64,000 bases of DNA from Thermodesulfobacteriota bacterium. Its GTDB lineage: Bacteria > Desulfobacterota > Desulfarculia > JACQYL01. Position numbers and translations under genes: made by a program. The stretch lies in assembly GCA_963675595.2 (NCBI GenBank), contig CAXXLZ010000001.1:320001-384000 (forward strand), written 5' to 3'. The number at the start of each line of letters is the position of its first letter. Positions within the stretch are counted from its first letter, which is position 1. Positions 35,107-45,796 of this stretch are shown piece by piece. Under the pieces are notes generated by a model that saw only the letters and a list, made by a program, of their open reading frames with translations, did no database searches and was not told the DNA's origin.

Positions 35107-36816
35107 TGCATCACCCCCACCGATGGATAATTTTTGGGATCATCTGTTTTCTGCAGGCGGTTGCCGTGCCGATGTTCGCAACCCTCGCAGTGCAGGCCCA
35201 AGAACATTCGTTTTCGTTGACGGAGGAAGAGAGACTATGGTTGGCTGAAAACGGCACCATCCGGCTCGGCGTGGGAGTGGCGTTCCCGCCCTTCATGTGG
35301 GTGGAAAGGGATAAAAAAGGGACGGCCCGTTTTCAAAGGTATGGTATCGGACTATGTGGAATTGCTCCGGAAGAAACTCGGAGTGGACCTGAAAATCGTG
35401 TTCGATATTCCTTTTGATGAAGCTTTGGCCCGGGGGCGTGAAGGTCGGATCGACCTGTTTCCCTGCCTGTCCAAGACCCCCGAGCGTTCGGAGTTTCTCC
35501 TGTTCACCAAACCTTATTTTTCTTATCCTTTGGTGATTGTAGCCCGCGAAGACGCTCCTCTGGTTGGAGGATTGGAGGACCTGAGGGGAAAACGCTTCGC
35601 CGTGGTCAAGCATCTGTTCGCGTACGGCAAATTGCTGAAGGACTATCCCGACCTCAACCTCGATTTCGTGTTCACCAACAAAGTGGAGGAAAATCTCGAG
35701 GCCGTGTCTCTGGGACGGGCTGATGCGTGCGTCATCAATTTGGCCGTTGCCGGCTATTACATCCGGCGGAAAGGACTGACCAACCTGAGCGTTGCCGCCC
35801 CGGTGCACTGGGAGGAATCTCAATATTGCATGGGGGTGCGTAAGGACCGGCCCATCCTGCTGGGGATGATCTCCAGAATATTGGCGTCCGTTTCCCAGGA
35901 GCAGAAAGATGAAATCAGCCGGCGTTGGATTCGCGTTCCTCAATATCTTGGAGTGGACGCGAGGCTGATTCGGCGGTGGGCTCTGGGAATCGGCACGGGA
36001 GTCGTCTTTCTGTTCGTGGTGTTCTTCGTCTGGAATCGTAGGCTCACCAAGGAGGTCACCGCCAGGAAAGAGGCTGAAACGGCGAGCGAAACCCGGGCGA
36101 GGCACCAAGCCGCCGTCGCCCATCTGGGTCAGGTAGCCCTGGATGAGACGGACCTCTCCAAACTGATGAGGGAAGCGGTGGATTTGACGGCCCAAACCAT
36201 GCAAGTCGACACCGTGGGAATCCTGAAACTGCTTCCAACCGGGAAAGAGCTGCAGCTTGTGGCGGGCGTCGGGTGGAGCGATGATCTCATGGGTAAAGCG
36301 TTGGTCAGCGCCGACCGGGGATCACAAGCGGGATATACGTTGATTGCCGGAAAACCGGTGATTGTTGAAGACCTGAACTCGGAAACCCGGTTCAACCGAC
36401 CCAAGCTTCTCTCCGATCGTGGGATGGTCAGCGGCGTCAGCGTCGCCGTCGGCGAACGGAATCGGCCATTCGGGGTCATGGGTGCTCATACCGCGTACCG
36501 TCGCGATTTTTCGGAACATGACGTCAATTTCCTGCAGAGTGTCGCTCACGTGCTGGCTGCGGCGATTGAACGGAACCGAACGGAAAAGGAACGCGATAAC
36601 CTGATCGAGGAACTTCGCACCGCCCTGGACGAAGTCAAGACCCTGAGGGGCCTGATCCCCATTTGCGTACACTGCAAGAGCATTCGGGACGATGCGGGTT
36701 ACTGGAATAAAATCGAGGAATACCTGCTGGACCATTCGGACGCTCAATTCACCCACGGCATCTGCCCTGAATGCGCCAGAAAGCTGTACCCGGAATTCTA
36801 TCCCCACAACGTTTGA
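35107..36816 (+). pseudogene. SBP_bac_3-TM-GAF sensor with a Cys-rich C-terminal domain; +1 frameshift
   Basis: LTEEERLWL...PPF in one frame continues as FKGMVSDY in the next; A6 run at 35313-35318. Confidence 0.75.
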
Positions 36817-36969
36817 GCGCGCAGCAAGGGATTCAACTAAAGCTTCTCAAATATGCCTCATCGCTTTGGGCGGAGAGGCGGGAAGCAAGTCCTTGCTTGG
36901 GCGGCGAAGTCCCTCCCCCAATCAAAGCCGACTCGCCGCAAGCTCGTTAATGCCGGCGGGAATCAAACT

Positions 36970-38457
36970 TCAGGGTTGCGATGCATCGAACTTCCGTAAG
37001 GTTTCTTCTCCCGGTTTGGCGGTCATCCAACTGACCAGTACGACGGCTGAGAAGGCCGAAACGAAGCCCGGCAGCAGTTCGTAGAAATACTCCCCTTCAA
37101 TCTTGATATAGTTCTTCACCACAAAGATCGTGGCCGCGCCCACGACCATTCCGGCAAAGGCCCCCCATTTGGTGGTGTTTCTCGACGTCAACGATAGAAT
37201 GATCAAAGGCCCGAATGCGGCGCCGAATCCGCCCCAGGCGTATCCCACCATGGCCAGGATCGTGCTTCCGCTGCCGGATGCGATGAAGAAGGCGATCACC
37301 GCAAATCCCACCACACCGAATCTACTGATCCAGGCCTTCCGTGCGGCGTCGAATTTGCCGAAGAAAGGCAGGTCTTCCGTGAGCACGGAAGTCAGCACCA
37401 AGAGCTGTGAATCCGCCGTAGACATGACCGCGGCCAATACCGCGGCCAGCACGAAGCCCGAAAACACCGGATGAAACAAGGCGCTCACCAGGGCCAAGAA
37501 GACCTTTTCCTTGTTGCCGTCCGGGCCGGTTACACCGGGCAGGGGCGCGATTTCCGAGTAGCCGATTCCGGCGATCCCGATGGAAACGGACAGGATCAGG
37601 CAGAGCGTCATCCAAATCATGCCGACTCGCCTGGCCTTGGGCACTTCTTCCACGCGACTGATTCCGAAAAAACGGGCCAGTATGTGAGGTTGACCGAAAT
37701 ACCCGAATCCCCAAGCCATCAGCGAGGCTCCCGTGAGCAGGCTAGTTCGGATATCGAAGGCTTTGGGGTTTGCATCCGTAATGTGAATTCCCGATCCGGA
37801 TAAGGCGGCGAACGTCAGAATGGCGCAAAAGGCCAATGCGCTCAGCATGAGCAGCCCCTGTATCAAATCCGTCCAGCAAACGGCCAAATATCCGCCCAGG
37901 AAGGTGTAGGACACAACGACCACCGATGTAACGATCAAGGCCGTTTGTTCGGACGCTCCGAAGGTGTGCGCGAAAAGCAGGGTCCCGCCTTTGATGCCGG
38001 AAGCGACGTACAGCGTGAAAAAGATTAGGATCACCACGGAGGATACGATTTTGAGCAGGCCCGAATCGTCGTCGAAACGGTTGGATAAGTAGGTGGGCAG
38101 AGTGGCGGCGTGGAGCTTTTCGCTGTAGGCTCTGAGCCTCGGGGCTACGACATACCAATTGGCATAGGCGCCCAGGATCAGTCCAAGGGATATCCAGAAC
38201 CCTTCCACCAGGCCGCCGGCGAAAACGGCCCCGGGCAAACCCAAGAGCAGCCAACTGCTCATGTCCGACGCCCCGGCGCTCACTGCGGAGGTAATGGGAC
38301 CCAGAGAGCGGCTTCCAATGATGAAGTCCTCATTGCTCCGGGTCCTCCTCATGGAATACCAGCCGATACTGATCATGACCAACAAGTAGAGACTGAATTG
38401 TATTGAAATACCCGTCATGCGGCCCGACAGCCCCTTGAAGAAGTTCGATGTCATCAT
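36970..38457 (-). CDS. putP: Sodium/proline symporter
   Basis: SAGASDMSSWLLLGLPG, GYFGQPHILARF and MSTADSQLL motifs. Confidence 0.9.
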   Translation of the reverse strand: MMTSNFFKGLSGRMTGISIQFSLYLLVMISIGWYSMRRTRSNEDFIIGSRSLGPITSAVSAGASDMSSWLLLGLPGAVFAGGLVEGFWISLGLILGAYANWYVVAPRLRAYSEKLHAATLPTYLSNRFDDDSGLLKIVSSVVILIFFTLYVASGIKGGTLLFAHTFGASEQTALIVTSVVVVSYTFLGGYLAVCWTDLIQGLLMLSALAFCAILTFAALSGSGIHITDANPKAFDIRTSLLTGASLMAWGFGYFGQPHILARFFGISRVEEVPKARRVGMIWMTLCLILSVSIGIAGIGYSEIAPLPGVTGPDGNKEKVFLALVSALFHPVFSGFVLAAVLAAVMSTADSQLLVLTSVLTEDLPFFGKFDAARKAWISRFGVVGFAVIAFFIASGSGSTILAMVGYAWGGFGAAFGPLIILSLTSRNTTKWGAFAGMVVGAATIFVVKNYIKIEGEYFYELLPGFVSAFSAVVLVSWMTAKPGEETLRKFDASQP

Positions 38458-38585
38458 TCACGGGGGGACACTGGAGCCCCTCCGTGTCATCCTCCTCAAA
38501 ACGCTTCGATAGGCTTCACCGCCTTGGACGGAGAGGCATTTTCAGGACGCTTTGAAAAGGTGTGCGGAAATTGTGAGCATTCAGA

Positions 38586-38780
38586 GGGGTATCCGAGGGA
38601 ACCCTTCTTGAAAAAAGGGTTCCCTCGGGCTCCTTCTTAAAAAAATTAGGTGTTTCAATATGTTGTATGGAAGATGCTGCTCGTTTTGCAGGTCGCATGC
38701 GCGATTCGCAAAACCGCAACAGGGTCCGGGGGGCCATGAGTCCCCCGGCAGGGAGTGCACGGGGACGGCGTTCCCCTGCG
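38586..38780. repeat. Full modular REP-like repeat (hairpin + spacer + palindrome + GGGTCCGGGGG hairpin)
   Basis: Inverted homologue of 24960-25100 and 19333-19445. Confidence 0.75.
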
Positions 38781-39231
38781 GCACACCCTATGAACAGGTG
38801 CCGGAAATCTTGTCGAACGTCACCCCACGTAAGCTAAAGGAAGAGGCCTGCATCCGGTCGGAGCCTTCTTCTTAGGTATTTTGAAAATACTTATCCTATC
38901 AAGAACTTGCAACGCATTTTTCCGGACACGCCCCCTTTGCGAACTTCTTGAGCGGATTGCCGGCTTCCGCGTCACAACCGTCGATCCCGTGAGTATGCGG
39001 CATTTTCAAAGAGTAAGGGAAAGCTATCTTGAAGAATTCTTCTCGTAAATGAACCCAATGTGTACCCGCTCGACCGTAACCCATTGTTGTCTTGTGCATC
39101 GACCTCGCATGGTGTAAGAACGAGGCATTGTCGCCTTTGCCGTCCCGATTCTTCATGATTCTTCCGACCTCACCCGTGAATGCCGTGATATCGGTTTGAA
39201 CGATGACTCCGAATTCCATGGATAACCTGCA

Positions 39232-40740
39232 ATGAGGACTATGATGACTATTAACTGGGAAAAGCTTTTCAAGCCTCGCTCCATTGCCGTTGTCGGAGCT
39301 TCCACCAAAAAGGGACTGAATATCAACATGTTTTTCACTTCTCTGGTTGGGGCCAAGTTTCCGGGGCGGCTCTACCCGGTGAACAGCAAAGCACGAGAGG
39401 TCGAGGGGTACCCGGCGTACCCGTCGGTGAAGGATATCCCCGATCCGGTGGACTACGTTATTATCGCGGTGCCGCGAGACCATGTGATGCAGGTGATTCG
39501 GGACTGCATCGCCAAGGAAGTCCCTGTGGCGCATATTTTCACCGCGGGTTTCGGAGAGACCACCACGCCGGAAGGGGAAAAGCTGAACCGGGAACTCAGG
39601 GAGTTGATCGCGGGGCGCATCCGCCTCATCGGTCCCAACTGCGTGGGGGTGTATTGTCCGGGATCACACATCGCATATATCCCGAGCCAGCCCATTATCG
39701 CCGGGGATATCGGCTTCGTATCACAGTCCGGTGGCCACAACTCCCTGTTCGTGCAGGCGGCCACGTCCCAGGGGCTGTACTTTTCCAAGGCCGTGAGCGT
39801 GGGCAATTCCATGGATCTGGGCGTCAACGATTTCCTTGAGTACCTGGGGGAAGACCCGGACACCGGCATCATCGGAGTTTATGTGGAAGGCATGCGAGAG
39901 GGCCAGGGACGGCGTTTCCTCGATCTGGTGCGGACCATCTCCCCGAAAAAGCCGGTAATGCTCATGAAGGCGGGCAGGGGAGAAGCCGGCGCACGTGCCG
40001 CCGCCGGACACACCGGGTCCATTGCGGGAACCTATTCCCTCTGGGAATATGTGGCCGTCCAGGCCAATGCGGTGCTTGTGGACGACTACACGGAGATGGC
40101 GGATTTTGTTTGGGCTTACAGAAACATCCCCCGCCTTGCGGGCCTCAGGACGGGTGCCGTGGCCGGGGGCGGAGGCAATTCCGTATGGAGCGGGGACATG
40201 CTTTCGTCGTTGGGCCTCACGCTGCCGCCGTTAAGTCCGGAAACGCAACGAAAGATTCTGTCCATTACCGACGCGGTGGGCACCATTGCCCGAAACCCCG
40301 TGGACCCCAATTTTTCCATGTTCGACCCGGAAGCTCAGTACGGCGTGTTCACCACCTTGGACGCCCAACCGGATATCGATTTCCTGGTCAACGTGACCGT
40401 ATTCGATCTGTTCTACCACGCCACCGTGGCTTCCGGCATGCTGACCGCCGAACAGGCCGCGGAGGAGGTCGTATTGCGCCTCGCCACCGTCCGCCAAAGG
40501 GTGAACAAACCTTTTGTGACTGTGATCATTCAAGTGTCCGAGAACGCGGAGATGACGGCCATCATAAACCGGATCAAACGGAAAGCTCGGAGCAGCGGAG
40601 TGCCCTGCTACTCCGATTTCAGACGAATGGCCGGGACCATGGTGCGGCTGTATAAGTATCTCCAGCGGCGGGACGCTGTGGATGAGAACACGGGATTGCC
40701 GCGGGACTCGGCCGGGAATGCCGCCCACGGAGCATGCTGA
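39232..40740 (+). CDS. Acyl-CoA synthetase (NDP-forming) alpha-type CoA-binding protein
   Basis: PRSIAVVGAS, GPNCVG, SQSGG, GHTGS (phospho-His) and NPVD motifs; no ATP-grasp domain. Confidence 0.88.
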   Translation: MRTMMTINWEKLFKPRSIAVVGASTKKGLNINMFFTSLVGAKFPGRLYPVNSKAREVEGYPAYPSVKDIPDPVDYVIIAVPRDHVMQVIRDCIAKEVPVAHIFTAGFGETTTPEGEKLNRELRELIAGRIRLIGPNCVGVYCPGSHIAYIPSQPIIAGDIGFVSQSGGHNSLFVQAATSQGLYFSKAVSVGNSMDLGVNDFLEYLGEDPDTGIIGVYVEGMREGQGRRFLDLVRTISPKKPVMLMKAGRGEAGARAAAGHTGSIAGTYSLWEYVAVQANAVLVDDYTEMADFVWAYRNIPRLAGLRTGAVAGGGGNSVWSGDMLSSLGLTLPPLSPETQRKILSITDAVGTIARNPVDPNFSMFDPEAQYGVFTTLDAQPDIDFLVNVTVFDLFYHATVASGMLTAEQAAEEVVLRLATVRQRVNKPFVTVIIQVSENAEMTAIINRIKRKARSSGVPCYSDFRRMAGTMVRLYKYLQRRDAVDENTGLPRDSAGNAAHGAC

Positions 40741-40775
40741 GTCAGGGCAACCAGCGGGGGAATTTTTGCACAATA

Positions 40776-40804
40776 CTCGTTCCCAAGTTGCACTTGGGAG
40801 CGAG
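40776..40804. repeat. RAYT-type REP CTCGTTCCCAAGTTGCACTTGGGA
   Basis: Copies at 41652-41678 and 42281-42309 flank the RAYT gene. Confidence 0.8.
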
Positions 40805-40962
40805 AGCGACCTTTCTGGAAGGTTGGAGCTGAGTTATAATGCTGCGTGTTGAAGCCGCCGGAGTGCTTCTTCCCAACCCGGGAAGCGCGTGGTTTCAGGC
40901 AGGGAAACGCGATTTCGGGATGGTACTTTCAATTGATTAATCTGTTTTGGACGGAGGGTTGT

Positions 40963-41199
40963 ATGGAATTACTGAAAAGGATTACCTTCGACCCTGAAAT
41001 AATGGGAGGAAAACCTTGTATCCGCGGCATGCGCGTAACCGTTGGGATGATCGTTGGTCTTGTAGCTTCAGATCATAGCAGGAAAGACATCCTGGAAATG
41101 TACCCTTACTTGGAAAGCGAAGACATCGATGAGGCGCTTCGGTATGCCGCTTGGCGAGTTGAAGAGATTGAAGTTCCCGTCAAGACGGAAGTGGCATGA
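40963..41199 (+). CDS. DUF433 antitoxin-like protein
   Basis: RITFDPEIMGGKPCIRGMRV and YPYL..EDI..AL.YAA motifs. Confidence 0.92.
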   Translation: MELLKRITFDPEIMGGKPCIRGMRVTVGMIVGLVASDHSRKDILEMYPYLESEDIDEALRYAAWRVEEIEVPVKTEVA

Positions 41200-41570
41200 A
41201 GATCGTGGTAGATATGAATTTGTCTCCCCAGTGGGCTGAAGTCCTTAAGGAGGAAGGTCACCGGTGTTTTCATTGGTCGGAGATCGGTCTTCCAGATGCA
41301 CCCGATCGTGAAATCCTATTTTGGGCTCGATCCAACGGATTCGTGGTGTTTACACACGATCTTGATTTCGGCGCAATCCCGGCCGCCACCAAGGCCGATT
41401 CTCCAAGCGTATTGCAGTTGCGAGCCCAAGACATTTCACCGAAGCGCATCGGCGCATTGGTAGTATCAGCACTTCGACAATTTGGAGATATTCTGGACCA
41501 AGGGGCATTGATAAGTCTCGATGCAAGGGGAGCCAGGGCTCGCATCCTGCCTCTTTCACACGGGAAATAG
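41196..41570 (+). CDS. DUF5615 PIN-like toxin
   Basis: DMNLSP, APDREI and THDLDFG motifs; ATGA overlap with the DUF433 gene. Confidence 0.9.
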   Translation: MKIVVDMNLSPQWAEVLKEEGHRCFHWSEIGLPDAPDREILFWARSNGFVVFTHDLDFGAIPAATKADSPSVLQLRAQDISPKRIGALVVSALRQFGDILDQGALISLDARGARARILPLSHGK

Positions 41571-41712
41571 AACATCGTGCATTCAACTACCGATTGCGGG
41601 CGTCGTGGCCGGGGCGGCGGCAATGTCGTGTGGAGCGGTGATATGCTTATACTCGTTCCCATTTTGCATTTGGGAACGTAGCTTGTTCATATCTGCGCTT
41701 TGAAACATCATC

Positions 41713-42246
41713 ATGCGAACCCGCTACAAAATTATAGATATAGGAGCGCCTCATTTTATAACGTCCACTGTGGTGGGATGGCTAACTGTATTCACCCGAC
41801 GGAAGTACCTGGACATCGTAACCGACTTTCTCAGTTTCTGCCGACAACAAAAAGGTTTGCTTCTTCATGCGTATGTCATACTCGACAATCATCTCCATAT
41901 GATAGTCTCATCCGACAGCCTATCGGAAGTGATTCGAGATTTTAAGAGACACACCGCGAGAGAAATCATTGCAGCCGCTCGGTTGGACAACAAACTGTGG
42001 CTCCTGGAACGGTTTGAATCTTTGAAACGCGCTCATAAAGACTCCAGCAGGGACCAAGTTTGGCAAGAGGGAGGTTCACCCTTAAACGATTACAACGGAG
42101 GATATGCTGCGGCAGGAACTGGATTATATTCACTATAATCCTGTGAAGCTTGGATTTGTGGAACGTACCGAATATTGGCGCTATCCAGCGCAGGAGATTA
42201 CCTGGGAAAGACGAGGATTTTGGCGATTGGTTTGATTGAATGGTGA
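41713..42246 (+). pseudogene. REP-associated tyrosine transposase (RAYT), disrupted
   Basis: HFITST, NHLH (HUH), RDFK and VWQ motifs; YIHYNPV and WRY in shifted frames with an internal TAA. Confidence 0.85.
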
Positions 42247-42615
42247 AGCAGGACGAGGATACGCTCATCCGGCCGCTACACGCGTTCCCAAGTTGCACTT
42301 GGGAACGAGAGCGAAAGCACGGAAGAACTTCCGTTTGCAGCGAAGTGGGTCCGAACTCGTTATCGACCCGTGGAGCGCTTTTGGCTTTAGGTCTACAGCC
42401 GGTCGAGATATAATCAGGCCGAGTAAAAAGGAGTGCCAAACAGGTTGGGGGGTCGGATTCGGCGTGTTTTGAGAGGCGCCCTACTACCACACACTCGATC
42501 CTTCAAGCGACAGCGAGGACATCGAATGCCGGGAAAAGGCAAGCGGATACTTTCACCGAGGGAGTCGTCACACAGCACCGGATGACCTATAAAATCCCCT
42601 GCAAGAGAGGAATAC

Positions 42616-45069
42616 GTGATGGAGATCAGGTCGAGATCGTGCTTCGTATGTCTGATGCTTGCCGTTTCCGCCTGCTTCATGGCGACAACCGCTCTCGCTC
42701 AATATCAAGGTATTTGGAAAGACACCGCTGATCCCCCGTCGCATAATTTCTACATACAGCATTATTCCACGGGTTCCACCATCGTCATCCATACGTCGGA
42801 TGCGATCACCTTTCATGCCTTTCTCGCAAACATTTCCGGGAATCGATTCGAAGCGGACTCCCTTGATGCGGATCGGAACATGCATCTGGTCATTACGTTC
42901 ACGACCGGAAGTCTGGGAACCGCGACACTGACCGACAACAGCACTGGAGCATCCGCCTACGCAAACGTGGAGAAGAAATTCGCGGCCGTCAGAACCATGC
43001 ATTCGGGGGTCTGGAAAGACGCGGCTTCCGTTTTCAACATGTACGTCCAGGACTACGAAGCGGGTTCCACCGTCATTGTCTATACCTTCGATGCGGTCCA
43101 CTTCGAGGCCTTCTTGGGCAAGGTCGATCAGTTCTTGTTTGCGGCGCAAAACATGGCCGATCAAAGCCTGGAAATGGACATGATGTTCTCTGCCTTCGAT
43201 GAGGGAACGGTGACCGTGGAACCCGAGGCAACGACCGGATACCGGCCTTGGGCGGCTCCGTTCACATATGATTTGACCAAGGTGTTTCAGCCTGCGGAGT
43301 TGGATATCGACATTCTGTGCACGCCCGCCTCCGGGCCTTCTCCTCTGGAAGTTGAGTTCGCAGGGGCGTCGACCATCACATTCATCAGCTGGAGCTGGGA
43401 CTTCGGTGACGGTGGGACGAGCATGCAACAGTATCCCCAGCACACCTACAGCTCGCCGGGGACGTACACGGCAGTGCTCACCATGAGCAACCCTCTGCTT
43501 TCCATGACCTGCATCGCATCTGAACCCGTGATCGTGCAGCAGCCCGGAGCAAACCCGGTGATCGGCGGCACGGTGACTCTTTCCACCGGCGGGGGAGGTC
43601 TCGCGGGGGTGACCCTGACCGCCGGCAACGGAGGGGGCTCCACAACCACGGACAGCGGCGGAGCCTATTCCATTACGGTGACCGGCGGGTGGAGCGGAAC
43701 CCTGACCCCGTCCCTATCCGGATACACCTTCAACCCCGCGTCACAATCCTTTGCCAGTGTCACGTCGAACAAGACCCAGAATTTCGTCGCCACTCCGGAT
43801 ACCGGTCAAACCATCACCATTTCCGGTACCATCACGGCTTCAGGCGCGGGTCTTTCCGGTGTCGCGGTTGTCCTCAGCACGGGCCAGTCGACCACTACCA
43901 GCGCTTCAGGCGCCTACTCCTTTACCCTTGCCGAAGGGTGGAGCGGTGTCGTAACGCCGTCCCTCACGGGTTATACCTTCACTCCCGGGTCACAAGCTTT
44001 CACCAATGTCACATCAAACCGAACTCAGAACTTTACGGCCTCCGCGCAAGCCGTGACCATTTCCGGGACGGTCTCACTGTCCGGAGGCGGCGGAATCGGT
44101 ATGGTGCAAATCGAATTTCAGAATCTCGGACTCATATTCACCGATTCCTGGGGCAATTACAGCTATGACGTCCCCTACAACTGGGCGGGAACCGTCACGC
44201 CGTACAAGGAGAATTACAGTTTTACTCCTTCCCAGGCGTACCCCAACGGCGTTACCGTCGATTTGACGGGCGTTGACTTCGTGGGTTCACTTATTCAGCA
44301 ATATATGCCCGTATCCGGTAATGTGACCGACAGCGGGTCGGGACTGGGGATTCAGTGGGTGCAAATCAGTCTCCAAGGATGGGGAACCACTTCCACGGAT
44401 GCCCAAGGCACATGGAGCACCCAAGTGCCCTATGGCTGGGGAGGTTCCATATCCGCGAGCCTGACCGGTTATACCTTTTGGCCTGTGGAGCTCATTCTCA
44501 GCAGCGTAACTTCTCCGGCCACAGGGATAAATTTCACGGGAACGGCCGTTCAGACGGATGTCACCCTCTCCGGCACGATTACCGACGGCAGCCAAGGCGT
44601 CAGTGGAGTCACCCTCTCCTACACGGGCGACAGCGCCACCGGCACCACCACTACAGACGCTACGGGTCACTATTCCTTTACGGTGCCGTCGGGCTGGTCC
44701 GGATATGCCTCGCCCTCCAAAACCGGCTGGACGTTTGCACCTCCGTCAATCGGCTACTCGAACCAGACCACGGATTCCGTGCAGTCGTACACAGGTTTTC
44801 CACCGGAGCCCACCATCTCGGGAACCGTTACCGCCGATCCTATTTACGGGAGTGGGCCTCTGTCGGGTGTGGAAGTGATTTTCACCACCAGTGGGGGGGG
44901 CGTCTGGGCGGTGTACACGGACAGTTCCGGCTACTATTCCTCAACCGTCCCCTACAATTGGAGCGGCGGCTGGGTTGCAAGTTTGACAAACTGGACGTTC
45001 AGCCCAACGTTTTATAACGCCGCTTGGGTGATTGAAGACCTCGACAATGCGGATTTTGTGGGAAAATAG
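42616..45069 (+). CDS. Secreted PKD-domain protein with ~6 carboxypeptidase-regulatory-like repeats
   Basis: Signal peptide; WSWDFGDG...HTY; repeated ISGTV...GV...T...G.YS..V..GWSG...GYTF.P. Confidence 0.85.
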   Translation: MMEIRSRSCFVCLMLAVSACFMATTALAQYQGIWKDTADPPSHNFYIQHYSTGSTIVIHTSDAITFHAFLANISGNRFEADSLDADRNMHLVITFTTGSLGTATLTDNSTGASAYANVEKKFAAVRTMHSGVWKDAASVFNMYVQDYEAGSTVIVYTFDAVHFEAFLGKVDQFLFAAQNMADQSLEMDMMFSAFDEGTVTVEPEATTGYRPWAAPFTYDLTKVFQPAELDIDILCTPASGPSPLEVEFAGASTITFISWSWDFGDGGTSMQQYPQHTYSSPGTYTAVLTMSNPLLSMTCIASEPVIVQQPGANPVIGGTVTLSTGGGGLAGVTLTAGNGGGSTTTDSGGAYSITVTGGWSGTLTPSLSGYTFNPASQSFASVTSNKTQNFVATPDTGQTITISGTITASGAGLSGVAVVLSTGQSTTTSASGAYSFTLAEGWSGVVTPSLTGYTFTPGSQAFTNVTSNRTQNFTASAQAVTISGTVSLSGGGGIGMVQIEFQNLGLIFTDSWGNYSYDVPYNWAGTVTPYKENYSFTPSQAYPNGVTVDLTGVDFVGSLIQQYMPVSGNVTDSGSGLGIQWVQISLQGWGTTSTDAQGTWSTQVPYGWGGSISASLTGYTFWPVELILSSVTSPATGINFTGTAVQTDVTLSGTITDGSQGVSGVTLSYTGDSATGTTTTDATGHYSFTVPSGWSGYASPSKTGWTFAPPSIGYSNQTTDSVQSYTGFPPEPTISGTVTADPIYGSGPLSGVEVIFTTSGGGVWAVYTDSSGYYSSTVPYNWSGGWVASLTNWTFSPTFYNAAWVIEDLDNADFVGK

Positions 45070-45078
45070 GATCTAGAT

Positions 45079-45125
45079 AGCCGGCTCCCCTGGAATTACG
45101 GGGGCAAGTCGGCTTTTCCGCTTTT
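45079..45125 (+). terminator. Possible intrinsic terminator
   Basis: Imperfect GC stem followed by T runs after the PKD gene. Confidence 0.4.
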
Positions 45126-45380
45126 GCCCCTTACCCAGCCCCATGATCGGCTTTTCGACGCATTTTTCGATGTCGGGATTTGTTGCGATTTCGGATTCCA
45201 TTCTCTCAATCATGCAGCTTGCCCGGCTGTATATGAACATCCGGGACCGCCTTGCGACTTGACAAGACCTGTTTTCTCCGGGGCGCCAAGTTCAGGCAGC
45301 CGAACACGTTGGTCGGCCCGTTGCGTACGATTCCGCGTGACGACATGGGTTGAATTTCGTCCACGCGCAAGTTCCGGAAC

Positions 45381-45605
45381 TTGGAAGTACCGTCTATGCC
45401 CAATGCTTTTCATGCGAAACGCGAAAAACTAATAAAAGACGGCGTGGTCAAGGATTTCATCTTTATGAAAGATTATCTCTTTTCGAGTCCATCAACAGCT
45501 GCAGCAGTTGTTATGGGCCGCGGCGCTAATGGCTTGATCGAGTGGAAGCGCAATGATGGCAGCACGTTAAAGGATAACCAGCCAAAATCAGAAGATATCT
45601 GCTAA
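45381..45605 (+). pseudogene. DUF4357 domain fragment
   Basis: F.KDYLFSSPSTAAAVVMGR.ANG..EWK motif; N-terminal partner domain absent. Confidence 0.7.
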
Positions 45606-45796
45606 CCTGCCTCCACTATAATCTCTATTTGACACCACCAACGGCGACAGCGGCATGCGCTCCCGGCTTGGACTTTGGAAGGCTTGTATTGGTTGCGGGA
45701 AACGCACTCGGCCTTGCCCCGCGTCCCCCGGGATGGGCAGGCGGGACTGATCGTTGAGTGGGGGCGGGGAACTTGAACGGGAGTGGGGGAGGGAAG

